From IMG/VR virus record IMGVR_UViG_3300042401_001499: a DNA stretch of 64,000 nucleotides. One strand, written 5' to 3'. The first letter of the stretch is position 1, and each line of letters starts with the position of its first letter. Both the position numbers and the translations under genes were made by a program. This DNA is from a virus. Lineage: Duplodnaviria > Heunggongvirae > Uroviricota > Caudoviricetes. A model generated the notes under the pieces. The model was not told the origin of the DNA. It saw only the letters and a list, made by a program, of their open reading frames with translations, and searched no databases. Below, piece after piece: positions 38,064 through 46,607 of the stretch.

Positions 38064-38840
38064 ATGACAAGAATTCAAATTTTAGAAGATCAAAAAGCAA
38101 TCTTCGTAGCACAGAAAGAAGTATTAGAAAACAAAAGAGGAGACATTTATGTTAGAGAGCAACAAGCAATCTCAGATGCTTTGCTTCCTTTTTTTTATGA
38201 ATTTTCGGAAGAAGTAGAAATTGAAGTAACTAGAGGATCTGTTTATTTTAAAATGGCTCATCCAGAAGTAACTTACAAGAAAGAATTATTTAATCTTTAT
38301 TTAAGAGAGAATTGGGACGATAGTTTAGCTAAATCTTTTAAAGGAGTTGATCTTTCTTATTATACTACTCAAACAAAAGGGGAGTCAAAATGGGAATTAA
38401 AGAGATTGCAATTGTTAGGAAAGTTAGCTGAGATTGTAGATGAGTTTCAACAAAAAATGGTTTATGTTGTAAACGAAGCTGTATTTCCTTTTAAAGAAGA
38501 ATTCAAAGCAGTTTTTGCTCAAATGGAATTAGTAGGGAAAGCTATTAGAGAATTAGACGTTAAGATTGCATCCTTTGAAAAGGAAGTGATTGAATGGGAA
38601 TTGAGATATGCAAAGATTGAATTTGCAAAAGCAAGAGAGGTTCAAATGAAGTTTAATTATTCTCCAAGAATTGTATCTTTGAAATTATTTGAGTTCTCTA
38701 AATCCGGAAAGAAAGCTACTGCAATCTTTGAATGGGAAAAAGGAAGAGAATCTAGAGAAGAAAATGTAAGCGTTAGTTCCATAGTTGATCAAGTATTTGG
38801 ACTACGTAAAGATATTGTTCAGCACACTTTAGCTGAATAG
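38064..38840 (+). CDS. Hypothetical protein (258 aa), coiled-coil rich
   Basis: Largest ORF of the small-gene array. Confidence 0.5.
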   Translation: MTRIQILEDQKAIFVAQKEVLENKRGDIYVREQQAISDALLPFFYEFSEEVEIEVTRGSVYFKMAHPEVTYKKELFNLYLRENWDDSLAKSFKGVDLSYYTTQTKGESKWELKRLQLLGKLAEIVDEFQQKMVYVVNEAVFPFKEEFKAVFAQMELVGKAIRELDVKIASFEKEVIEWELRYAKIEFAKAREVQMKFNYSPRIVSLKLFEFSKSGKKATAIFEWEKGRESREENVSVSSIVDQVFGLRKDIVQHTLAE

Positions 38841-38860
38841 TTTTTAATTATTGATCGAAG

Positions 38861-38886
38861 AAAGGGCTCCTATTAGGGGCCTTTTT
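38861..38886 (+). terminator. Imperfect GC hairpin plus T-run (terminator-like)
   Basis: AAAGGGCTCCTATTAGGGGCCTTTTT. Confidence 0.35.
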
Positions 38887-38909
38887 GGGTTAAAATAGTT
38901 TGTGAAATA

Positions 38910-38946
38910 GTTGCTAGTTACAATCTTTGTTCGTATATTTAGGTAT
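38910..38946 (+). promoter_or_regulatory. Conserved phage promoter, copy 14
   Basis: Consensus copy. Confidence 0.6.
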
Positions 38947-38967
38947 CAATAATTAAATAGATATATT

Positions 38968-39150
38968 ATGAAAGAAGTTAGAGAGTACTTTGATTTGAAT
39001 TATGGTTATGTTGATCTAGGAGGAATAGATGATCATGTATTAGAGAGTTTTTTATCTCGATCTTATTTGATTGACTTAAGTTTTATAAGAAAGATGGATT
39101 GTTTATACGATTATATTCTTTCTCAGGATTTATGTAATGTTCAAGAATAA
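38968..39150 (+). CDS. Hypothetical small protein
   Basis: ORF behind a promoter copy. Confidence 0.4.
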   Translation: MKEVREYFDLNYGYVDLGGIDDHVLESFLSRSYLIDLSFIRKMDCLYDYILSQDLCNVQE

Positions 39151-39176
39151 TTAATAATAATTTAAAAAATAAGACT

Positions 39177-39530
39177 ATGACTAAATTATTCAGAGATGTA
39201 AACTACTACATCGTACAAGCTTCTAATAGCACACAGAGAGAATTTGAATTGGACTTCGCAGATGTCATAGAGGTCTATGATACAAATTCCATAACTTTAA
39301 CTACTGAAGATAAAAGAGAGGTAGTTATTAGTTGGGATGAAAAAGGTTATTTTAAATCTTACTTCATACAGGAAGAAACAATACTAATGAGATCACATCC
39401 GGGAATGGTAGAAGAAGTAATCTCTATGTTAAGACATATGGAGATAGATGGAGAAACAATGGAGTACATTCTAGATAAAGTAGGAATGACAGATCAAATG
39501 TTAAAACAACTCTCAGGGAAATACTTATAA
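39177..39530 (+). CDS. Hypothetical protein
   Basis: ORF with no dedicated promoter copy; probably co-transcribed. Confidence 0.4.
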   Translation: MTKLFRDVNYYIVQASNSTQREFELDFADVIEVYDTNSITLTTEDKREVVISWDEKGYFKSYFIQEETILMRSHPGMVEEVISMLRHMEIDGETMEYILDKVGMTDQMLKQLSGKYL

Positions 39531-39535
39531 AAAAA

Positions 39536-39572
39536 GTTGCTAGTTACAAAGTTAGTTCATATATTTAGGTAT
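39536..39572 (+). promoter_or_regulatory. Conserved phage promoter, copy 15
   Basis: Consensus copy. Confidence 0.6.
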
Positions 39573-39595
39573 CAATAATTAAAACAATATAAATC

Positions 39596-39832
39596 ATGGC
39601 TACATTAATCAAAGATCAAAAAGAAGTTACATTTGCACAAGGAGAGAGAGTTCAATTCAGAATGTTAGATTCTAAAGCTCCTGGAGATAATTACTCTCCA
39701 CCACAAAAGACAGTTTATGGAACAGTTGGAAATATAAACAAAGTTTCAATGATTGTTCAAGGAGTGGATGGAAATCTATATAGAGTAATGAAGAATGAAG
39801 TTAAAAAATATGTTGATCCTTTTGCAAAATAA
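39596..39832 (+). CDS. Hypothetical small protein
   Basis: ORF behind a promoter copy. Confidence 0.45.
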   Translation: MATLIKDQKEVTFAQGERVQFRMLDSKAPGDNYSPPQKTVYGTVGNINKVSMIVQGVDGNLYRVMKNEVKKYVDPFAK

Positions 39833-39833
39833 A

Positions 39834-39870
39834 GTTGCTAGTTACAAAGTTAGTTCATATATTTAGGTAT
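39834..39870 (+). promoter_or_regulatory. Conserved phage promoter, copy 16
   Basis: Consensus copy. Confidence 0.6.
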
Positions 39871-39890
39871 CAATAATTAAAACAAACAAT

Positions 39891-40070
39891 ATGAAAAATT
39901 CAATTAGATTACAAAGTTCAATTTACATTTACGATGTAGAGTTTGATGAAGTTCAATATGAAGTTCAAGTAACAGATGGAGTAATAAGTGCTATGTATAG
40001 ATCAGATGGCTTCAATATTTCAGGGGTAGAGGGAGAAGACCTTAGGGATTTTATCTACAATAATAAGTAA
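39891..40070 (+). CDS. Small hypothetical protein (59 aa)
   Basis: ATG at 39891 to TAA at 40068-40070. Sits behind a promoter copy. Not in the track. Confidence 0.4.
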   Translation: MKNSIRLQSSIYIYDVEFDEVQYEVQVTDGVISAMYRSDGFNISGVEGEDLRDFIYNNK

Positions 40071-40077
40071 AAATAAA

Positions 40078-40114
40078 GTTGCTAGTTACAATTAAAGTTC
40101 ATATATTTAGGTAT
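40078..40114 (+). promoter_or_regulatory. Conserved phage promoter, copy 17 (extended leader)
   Basis: Consensus copy. The leader carries an extra AATTAATCAATCAATAATTAAAAACA. Confidence 0.55.
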
Positions 40115-40150
40115 CAAAATTAATCAATCAATAATTAAAAACAAAACATT

Positions 40151-40489
40151 ATGAAAAAAGTAAATGTATTAGAGTCAGTTCAAAATTCAGTTAGTTCAAT
40201 CTTTAGTAAAGAAGATGTAATCAATCTTATCAATTCAATTGAAGGAGAAGGAGGAAGAGTTATTACAGTTACAGAAATTGGAGCAGCTATTGATAGATTA
40301 GTTGATAGCTTGGAAAATAATGAAGATGAAATAGTTGATACAGATTCAGTAGAGTTCAGTATTGCTTATGATAATCGAATTGAAGTTGATAGGGTAAGAG
40401 TAAACTTTGATTACATCAGAGAAGCTCTTGAAAATACTTTTATGGACTTTGGTGAAGCTGAAGAAGAAGTTACAGAAAATGAATTGTAA
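40151..40489 (+). CDS. Acidic hypothetical protein
   Basis: ORF behind a promoter copy. Strongly D/E-rich. Confidence 0.45.
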   Translation: MKKVNVLESVQNSVSSIFSKEDVINLINSIEGEGGRVITVTEIGAAIDRLVDSLENNEDEIVDTDSVEFSIAYDNRIEVDRVRVNFDYIREALENTFMDFGEAEEEVTENEL

Positions 40490-40494
40490 ATAAA

Positions 40495-40531
40495 GTTGCC
40501 TCTTCGGAGGCTTCTTCTTATCTTTAGGTAT
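40495..40531 (+). promoter_or_regulatory. Conserved phage promoter, copy 18, with embedded UUCG-tetraloop hairpin
   Basis: GCCTC-TTCG-GAGGC at 40498-40511, followed by TATCTTTAGGTATCATTAATTAAAACA. Confidence 0.55.
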
Positions 40532-40554
40532 CATTAATTAAAACATATAACATC

Positions 40555-40752
40555 ATGAAAGAATTTTTCGAAGCACAGTTTAAAATGTTGGACAGAGGAA
40601 TAGTTGCAACTCCTAAAACAAGAGAAGATCTTGAATACTTTGCAAAGGCTAATCAAGGGTCGATGGATATCTTATTAATGCAAATGGCTATGAACTTTGG
40701 TTATAAAATGGCATTAGAGAATGTTCAAGAAGAACTAGAGAAAGTGGCATAG
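40555..40752 (+). CDS. Hypothetical small protein
   Basis: ORF only. Confidence 0.4.
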   Translation: MKEFFEAQFKMLDRGIVATPKTREDLEYFAKANQGSMDILLMQMAMNFGYKMALENVQEELEKVA

Positions 40753-40980
40753 ATGTCTGAGTTGTATAAGAGCTGGAAAGGAAAAGGAAAGAAGGTCGCT
40801 AAGGTCTTCTCTCCGATGGTAGGGATGGTATATCAAGGACAAGATAAGTTCTTTGGAAAGATAGTAATAGGAATGTTAGTCGAGATGTTTGATCAGAACG
40901 ATGAAGCAGTACTAAGAACAAAAGACAATAAATTAATCTCAGTAGATATTAAATCTTTAAAAGCAATCATATGTCATTAA
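40753..40980 (+). CDS. Hypothetical small protein
   Basis: ORF only. Confidence 0.4.
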   Translation: MSELYKSWKGKGKKVAKVFSPMVGMVYQGQDKFFGKIVIGMLVEMFDQNDEAVLRTKDNKLISVDIKSLKAIICH

Positions 40981-41168
40981 ATGTAGATCAAAGATTATCT
41001 TTCACATCCTCTGAAGGAGTAGAGGTAACAGTAAGCCAATATGGAGGCAGTAAGATGGTTCAGTTAACATTGAAAGATGTAGATGAGGATGGAAAGGCAG
41101 TAGCTCTTATCTCTTTCTTAAACAAAGATGAAGTAGTAGCCCTTATAAGTATGCTGGAAGAGATTTAA
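40971..41168 (+). CDS. Hypothetical small protein
   Basis: ORF only. Confidence 0.4.
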   Translation: MSLNVDQRLSFTSSEGVEVTVSQYGGSKMVQLTLKDVDEDGKAVALISFLNKDEVVALISMLEEI

Positions 41169-41174
41169 TAAAGA

Positions 41175-41211
41175 GTTGCTATTCTGTAAAAGAGTTCTTA
41201 TATTTAGGTAT
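41175..41211 (+). promoter_or_regulatory. Conserved phage promoter, copy 19
   Basis: Consensus copy. Confidence 0.55.
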
Positions 41212-41234
41212 CAATAATTAAAAAGAGATACATT

Positions 41235-41483
41235 ATGACAAGAGAAGATTTTATTGCAGGGGTAGAGTTCGAGATTAAAGGCAATTACTTTAAGCTGGAT
41301 AGGGATCAAAGATCTATTACAAAGGTCTTTAGAACATCTGATAGGAGTAGAGTAGTAATGGAGGACTATCATATGAATGTAGAAATGATAGGCAGGGTAA
41401 GGTTTGAATGCTACAGCTACATGATGGGTAGGAAAGTAGAAAGAAGAATTAGGTTTGAGGACCTAGAAGTTTTTAAAGGTTAG
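41235..41483 (+). CDS. Hypothetical small protein
   Basis: ORF behind a promoter copy. Confidence 0.45.
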   Translation: MTREDFIAGVEFEIKGNYFKLDRDQRSITKVFRTSDRSRVVMEDYHMNVEMIGRVRFECYSYMMGRKVERRIRFEDLEVFKG

Positions 41484-41506
41484 TCTTCGGACTAACTTTT
41501 TTTTTG
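41480..41506 (+). terminator. Rho-independent terminator (UUCG-type loop)
   Basis: TTAGTC-TTCG-GACTAA followed by a T10 tract. Confidence 0.7.
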
Positions 41507-41513
41507 ACCGGTG

Positions 41514-41546
41514 GTCAAGGTGACGTCAAGGTGAGGTCAAGTTGAG
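41514..41546. repeat. Three tandem 11-mers (GTCAAGGTGAC / GTCAAGGTGAG / GTCAAGTTGAG)
   Basis: Direct repeats inside a 450-bp non-coding island. Confidence 0.6.
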
Positions 41547-41941
41547 AGAAGTTTGATAGTTAAGTTCCCTCAACGGGTAGCCACTCGGGTATTTGGGCCC
41601 ACATAGAGTTGTATATTTCTGATGAAAATTGAGGTATGGGGGTATATATTTATATATACTATGTAGCTTTAAGAAAGATGTTGTTATGAGCCCAACCTAC
41701 CTAACCTAGTCCCTCCGAAGAAGAATTACTGCTCAAGGTGTCCTCCTTCTTTAAGTTTGGTCTATATAGCTGCTAAACCCTAGCACGGTTACCACCTATA
41801 CCCCTAACCTACCTCTTATGTTGTATTACTATGTGTTTGTTTCTTATATTTAATATAGAACATTTCCAGCAATTCTCCAACTACCCAAGGGATTTTTTCC
41901 GGACAATTTTTCGTTATACAAACATTATATATTTATATAAG

Positions 41942-42355
41942 ATGAAGAAGCTTAATAGTAACGACCTTTTTGATATATTCTCCCAGGGGGATGAAGCTGT
42001 CTATAGAGAAAACCATGTAGAGGAGGTATTGGACAATTCCTTTGTATTATTCGGTATGGTGATAAGAGGGGTAGAGAATTATTTCATCATAGATAAGATC
42101 TATTCAAATAGATACGGAAAAGACTATGCCTCTATGTCCGATTCTATAAAACTAAAGTACTTTAACGGCCTTATTGGATACCTTGAGAGAATCAATCTAT
42201 CACAGTCAGACACGGTTTTAGAACTTGTTGATGAATTCGGACCTCAAGCTATCAAATACGCCTTGGAAGAATTATTAGAATTCTATGAAGAGAGAGAGTA
42301 TTACGAGAAATGTGCAATTATTTTTAAGTTTTACGACCTTTTCTTTAAGAAATAG
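41942..42355 (+). CDS. Hypothetical protein (start moved to ATG 41942)
   Basis: The first 37 codons of the track ORF lie in the AT-rich leader. MKKLNSND starts right after a TATATTTAT-like box. Confidence 0.4.
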   Translation: MKKLNSNDLFDIFSQGDEAVYRENHVEEVLDNSFVLFGMVIRGVENYFIIDKIYSNRYGKDYASMSDSIKLKYFNGLIGYLERINLSQSDTVLELVDEFGPQAIKYALEELLEFYEEREYYEKCAIIFKFYDLFFKK

Positions 42356-42391
42356 TTGCTAGAAGTGACCTTTATTCGTATATTTAGGTAT
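42355..42391 (+). promoter_or_regulatory. Conserved phage promoter, copy 20
   Basis: Consensus copy. Confidence 0.6.
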
Positions 42392-42415
42392 AGAAATCAA
42401 TTAAACAAATAGGTT

Positions 42416-42610
42416 ATGGAAAATTTAATTTTAAACATCGCAATTGGTTATTTCATTACAGGGGGGATTCTTTCAGTTATTACCGACATCTCTATAAGAT
42501 TGATCAAGGTAAGCCCTCCATTCACATTCAAGGATGTAATCATTGTTGCCCTCATCTGGCCGACGGTTATATCTGTATTGGTAACGGATTACTTAAACGG
42601 AGATTTTTAA
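42416..42610 (+). CDS. Small two-TM membrane protein, paralog 1
   Basis: DISIRxxKxSxPFTF ... WP ... NGD(F/Y) is shared with the next ORF. Confidence 0.5.
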   Translation: MENLILNIAIGYFITGGILSVITDISIRLIKVSPPFTFKDVIIVALIWPTVISVLVTDYLNGDF

Positions 42611-42795
42611 TGATAGTAGATTACATGTTAACATACCTCGGTATAGGTGTTTTTATATACATTCTATCGGATATCTCCATTCGGGAGATGAAAACAAGTG
42701 AACCTTTTACTTTTATAGAGATAATATCATGTGTGTTATTCTGGCCTTTTGTAGTGTTTGCTTTTATAAGAGAATTTTTTAATGGAGATTATTAA
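42610..42795 (+). CDS. Small two-TM membrane protein, paralog 2 (tandem duplicate)
   Basis: Clear paralog of the 42416 ORF. ATGA-coupled. Confidence 0.5.
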   Translation: MIVDYMLTYLGIGVFIYILSDISIREMKTSEPFTFIEIISCVLFWPFVVFAFIREFFNGDY

Positions 42796-42810
42796 TTAAA
42801 CAAATAAGTT

Positions 42811-43443
42811 ATGTATAAAGACAAAATAAGTATGGGAGAGGCCATGTCTCTTGAATTATTAGGAGAGATTACAATTGTTGATGCTTCGCCAGAGTCTGCC
42901 ACCCCTTTTGGAGAAAACGGAAAACAGTGGAAAGAAGCATTTATAAAACTACAATCCAAACACAGGCATATATCCCCAGATAAACTCCTTAACTTCCTTT
43001 CGGCAAAATACCTTATAGAGGTATCTGAAGGCATAGTGGATACAGATAGTAATACTTATTCCTGGAGATATTTCCATGGTATAGAGAATAGACAAATAAA
43101 AGAGAAATCTAAAGATAATATCGAGTATGTCTATATTCTGGTTAATCCGGGTTATCCTTCCTTGGTTAAGATAGGAATGACCATTAAGGAAGTTCATAGC
43201 AGAGTCACGTCAATTAACGCTACTGCGACAGTTGAGGAGTGGGTTCCAAAATTTGCTCTTCCGGTAGAGAAAGGTACTGCCTTTTATGTAGAACAGGCTG
43301 TTCACACTTTCTTTGCCCCTGTAAGGGTTTCTTCCGATCTTGGTTCTTCAAGAGAGTTTTTTACCCTAGATCCATTAACGGCTTTTGATAAGGTTCGTGA
43401 GGTAGGGGCAGTGTTTGCTATAGGAAATCCTATTACTTATTAA
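42811..43443 (+). CDS. T5orf172 / GIY-YIG-like domain protein
   Basis: YVYILVNPGYPSLVKIGMT ... R ... EWV ... matches the T5orf172 (MUG113) signature. Confidence 0.5.
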   Translation: MYKDKISMGEAMSLELLGEITIVDASPESATPFGENGKQWKEAFIKLQSKHRHISPDKLLNFLSAKYLIEVSEGIVDTDSNTYSWRYFHGIENRQIKEKSKDNIEYVYILVNPGYPSLVKIGMTIKEVHSRVTSINATATVEEWVPKFALPVEKGTAFYVEQAVHTFFAPVRVSSDLGSSREFFTLDPLTAFDKVREVGAVFAIGNPITY

Positions 43444-43525
43444 GGATTAACAGGAAATTAACAGAGGTTAGGCAAGGATATATAAAATCTTGCGCGGCGA
43501 TTCTTCGAAAATAAATTAAAAAATA

Positions 43526-43562
43526 GTTGCCTCCTTTAGTTTTTCTTCTTATATTTAGGTGT
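43526..43562 (+). promoter_or_regulatory. Conserved phage promoter, copy 21 (last; degenerate leader)
   Basis: AGTTGCC ... CTTATATTTAGGTGT. Confidence 0.5.
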
Positions 43563-43579
43563 AATCAAAAAGATATATT

Positions 43580-44233
43580 ATGAAACAGTTTAAATTTTTA
43601 TTTTTAGCATTAGTATCGTTATTTATTTTTAGCTGTACTCCTGATGAGATTCAACAAGATGTTTGTTTAAATGGGGATTGCGGTGTAGAATTCTGGATTG
43701 ATACTCTAGGTCATCCTGGGACCTACCAAGACCCACAAGGGGTATGGCATATAAAACATGCTGATCTAGACTATTTTACTGTAAAAGGTCGTATAAATGA
43801 GTTGGATCCTCACTATGTTATAAATGGAGTTCCTTTAGTAGAAACAGGATTTGATTCTAATTTCTTCTATACTCTTGGAAATGTTATTTGGACTTACCCT
43901 ACTTATTCTTTTCTAGGACTTTGGTCAAGTAGTCAGATGAACACACCAATTCCTTACGGAACTGCTTCTTATACATTTCCGCAACTAATAGGACAGACTA
44001 CTATAATCAACCTAGCAGGGTATGAGATTCAACGTAATCCTCATGTTAATACAAATCACCCGGCTTACCAAGGATATTTCGCAACTTACAGCAAATACAC
44101 GTATACTCCTCAGCAGAGCATGGTTTTCTTTGACGATTTTGAAGGGATGACAGCAACAATATATTTAGAGGTGACTTTAGGAGAAAATAAAAAAACTATT
44201 AACAAAGAGATAAAGATATCTTTTGAACCTTAA
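43580..44233 (+). CDS. Lipoprotein (signal peptide plus Cys)
   Basis: LALVSLFIFSCTPDE lipobox-like Cys after a signal peptide. Confidence 0.5.
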   Translation: MKQFKFLFLALVSLFIFSCTPDEIQQDVCLNGDCGVEFWIDTLGHPGTYQDPQGVWHIKHADLDYFTVKGRINELDPHYVINGVPLVETGFDSNFFYTLGNVIWTYPTYSFLGLWSSSQMNTPIPYGTASYTFPQLIGQTTIINLAGYEIQRNPHVNTNHPAYQGYFATYSKYTYTPQQSMVFFDDFEGMTATIYLEVTLGENKKTINKEIKISFEP

Positions 44234-44341
44234 TAGTTGTTTCCCAAAAAAAAAGTTCATACCTTACCTCTATAAGAAATTATCCCGGACTAAAAAAGGA
44301 ATAAAAACTTAAAAAAATAGTAATTAATAAAAATAAACAAA

Positions 44342-44515
44342 ATGAGAAACAAAGATTTATTCGAACAAAAGTTAGAAAGATTTGAAGCAGAAGTAAAAAA
44401 TATGGGGTATAATATTCATAAAAATGAATTAGATGTTGCATATGGTTTGGTAGAGGTATTATTAGAGAAGATAGGTGATCTTAGAACTCTATTGAATACC
44501 GAACACCAAGACTAA
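44342..44515 (+). CDS. Small hypothetical protein (57 aa)
   Basis: ATG at 44342 to TAA at 44513-44515. Overlaps the next start in a TAATG junction. Not in the track. Confidence 0.35.
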   Translation: MRNKDLFEQKLERFEAEVKNMGYNIHKNELDVAYGLVEVLLEKIGDLRTLLNTEHQD

Positions 44516-45252
44516 TGAATCTTTCGGCAGAACAAATAGAACGTAATTGGGATAAACATCTTAAAATCGTTGATACTTTTATAACAGGTGATCGTAAAGA
44601 GAAGTTAAAAGCTCTTTACCTTGACCTTGCCGATGAAATGGTTATGGCTCCTGCCTCCGGAAAGACTTTTTACCATAATGCTTTCCCGGGAGGGTATATT
44701 GACCATGTTAATCGTGTTGTTCATTGTGCTTTAAAAACTAAAGCATTATGGGAAGAGATGGGTACCTCTATAGATTTTACAGATGAAGAGTTAGTTTTTG
44801 CAGCTCTTAATCATGATTTAGGTAAAATAGGTTCTAAAGGAAAACCTAACTATATTCAACAAACAGATAAGTGGAGACAGGATAAATTAAATGAAATGTA
44901 TACTCCTAATAAGGATTTAACTTTTATGCTTATTCAAGACCGTTCTCTTTTTACTCTACAGCAATATGGTATAGCTTTAACAGAAAGAGAATTCTTAGCT
45001 ATTAAATTACATGATGGATTATATGATGATGTAAATAAGCCTTACTATATGTCTTTTAGTCCTGATGCTAAATTTAAAACTAATTTAGTCTATATTCTTC
45101 ATAATGCAGACTTCCTAGCTTCTAAAATAGAATACGATAACTGGAAGTCCTTAGGAGGTTCTACGGAGAATAAGGCAGAGAAAACCAAAGCAAGTACAGG
45201 TAGAACAGTTAATGCTTCAGAGGGATTAATGAATTTAGTAAAAAATATTTAA
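44515..45252 (+). CDS. HD-domain phosphohydrolase
   Basis: H ... HDLGK ... D pattern (VHCAL ... LNHDLGKIG ... LHDGLYDD). Confidence 0.65.
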   Translation: MNLSAEQIERNWDKHLKIVDTFITGDRKEKLKALYLDLADEMVMAPASGKTFYHNAFPGGYIDHVNRVVHCALKTKALWEEMGTSIDFTDEELVFAALNHDLGKIGSKGKPNYIQQTDKWRQDKLNEMYTPNKDLTFMLIQDRSLFTLQQYGIALTEREFLAIKLHDGLYDDVNKPYYMSFSPDAKFKTNLVYILHNADFLASKIEYDNWKSLGGSTENKAEKTKASTGRTVNASEGLMNLVKNI

Positions 45253-45253
45253 A

Positions 45254-45547
45254 ATGGAAATCTTATTAATAATATCAGCAATAGTAATTTTAGCACTAGC
45301 TTATATAACTTTCAACTTAAACCGTAAGGTAATTAAGCAAGAAGAGATCTTAGAATACCAAGTAGGTTACCTTAGAAATGTTTCGTACCTTATACAAGAA
45401 TCAAAAATTTATGTTGAACAATTAGATGAGAAAGGTGCATTTAGAGCAGATGATGAAGTTGGAGTTTTCTTCAATTTTATGAAAGAAATACAGGAAACTA
45501 TAAATGCTTACCGTCTCCCAGAAGACTATGGCAAAGCCACCAAATAA
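45254..45547 (+). CDS. N-terminally anchored membrane protein
   Basis: Transmembrane helix ILLIISAIVILALAYITF. Confidence 0.4.
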   Translation: MEILLIISAIVILALAYITFNLNRKVIKQEEILEYQVGYLRNVSYLIQESKIYVEQLDEKGAFRADDEVGVFFNFMKEIQETINAYRLPEDYGKATK

Positions 45548-46226
45548 AGATAATTACTATTTTACACAAGAGACAGAGGATGCAATCGTAAGATATAACG
45601 CATCCTCTGACCCTATTTTCCGAGACACGGTATTTAAGAAAGAAATATACCACCCACTTTATAAGCTAGCAGAAAATATTATACATACTTTTAAGTTTTA
45701 TTACTTAGATGTAGATAGTATTGAAGATTTAAAGCTAGATGTAGTGAGTATGCTTGTTGAAGAGAAACTCTATAGGTTTGATGCAACCAACGGCGCTAAG
45801 GCGTTTTCCTATTTTCAAACAATAGTGAAGAGGTGGCTTATCAACTATAATAACCGTAACTATAAAAAACTAAAACAAGTAGGATCTTTCGAAGAAATGG
45901 AAGATTCTTACGAAGTAGAAGGTTTACCTGATTCTGAAAGAAGAATAACTCTAGCAGTAGTGGTGAATCTTTTTGTTGAAAGTAGTTATGAAAATATAGA
46001 AGAGCTATTTCCTAGAGAACAAGACCAAAAGGTAGCAGACGCCATACTCACACTCTTTAGAACACGTCACGACTTAGAAATTTTTAGAAAGAAAGCTCTA
46101 TACATATACATAAGAGAGATGACCGATTGTGAAACCCCTACACTTACTAAGGTAATCTCTAAACTTAAAGAAGAATTTTATAGAATATATAAAACCTACC
46201 AAGAAGCAGGATTTACTATTCAATAA
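45504..46226 (+). CDS. Sigma-70-family-like transcription factor (candidate late sigma)
   Basis: GAKAFSYFQTIVKRWLINY resembles sigma region 2.2-2.4 (G.KFSTYA.WWI). Sits immediately upstream of the structural module. Confidence 0.45.
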   Translation: MLTVSQKTMAKPPNKDNYYFTQETEDAIVRYNASSDPIFRDTVFKKEIYHPLYKLAENIIHTFKFYYLDVDSIEDLKLDVVSMLVEEKLYRFDATNGAKAFSYFQTIVKRWLINYNNRNYKKLKQVGSFEEMEDSYEVEGLPDSERRITLAVVVNLFVESSYENIEELFPREQDQKVADAILTLFRTRHDLEIFRKKALYIYIREMTDCETPTLTKVISKLKEEFYRIYKTYQEAGFTIQ

Positions 46227-46259
46227 CATATCTTTCGATATTTATATAATAAATAGACT

Positions 46260-46607
46260 ATGGGATTAGAGACAACAATATTCGGAAAAAAGACTGTTTC
46301 TGATGTTTTGAAAGAAATTTACGACAATTCTCGAAATAAGGACAAACAAATCAATGCTCTTATTGGAGAACTAAAACCTCTTGTTGAGAACATAGGTGAT
46401 GCAACTTTAGTTGTTCCTATGATAAAAGAGTATTTAGAGGTAGGAGTAAAGAATGATGAACATCTTATTAAAATGGTAGCACTTGTTCAAAGACTAGAAG
46501 GAGGAGCAAAAGGATCTGAAGCAGACTTTTTCAACCCTGAAGAGCTTGCAAAGCTAATGGAACAGAGTGAAGAGCTTGGAAAGCAATTAGATAAAAAAGA
46601 CGAGTAA
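46260..46607 (+). CDS. Hypothetical protein
   Basis: ORF at the start of the structural module. Confidence 0.45.
   Translation: MGLETTIFGKKTVSDVLKEIYDNSRNKDKQINALIGELKPLVENIGDATLVVPMIKEYLEVGVKNDEHLIKMVALVQRLEGGAKGSEADFFNPEELAKLMEQSEELGKQLDKKDE

Noticed and set aside
41831-41941. Track start of ORF 41831-42355
   Set aside because: The N-terminal 37 codons are AT-rich non-coding leader with promoter-like boxes. MKKLNSND at 41942 is the plausible start.
27100-43570. Regularly recurring ~40-bp repeat, considered as a possible CRISPR array
   Set aside because: The spacers are 180-800 bp and each contains a complete ORF beginning 20-25 nt after the repeat. The repeat has promoter architecture (-33/-7) and is not palindromic. 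No cas genes are present.
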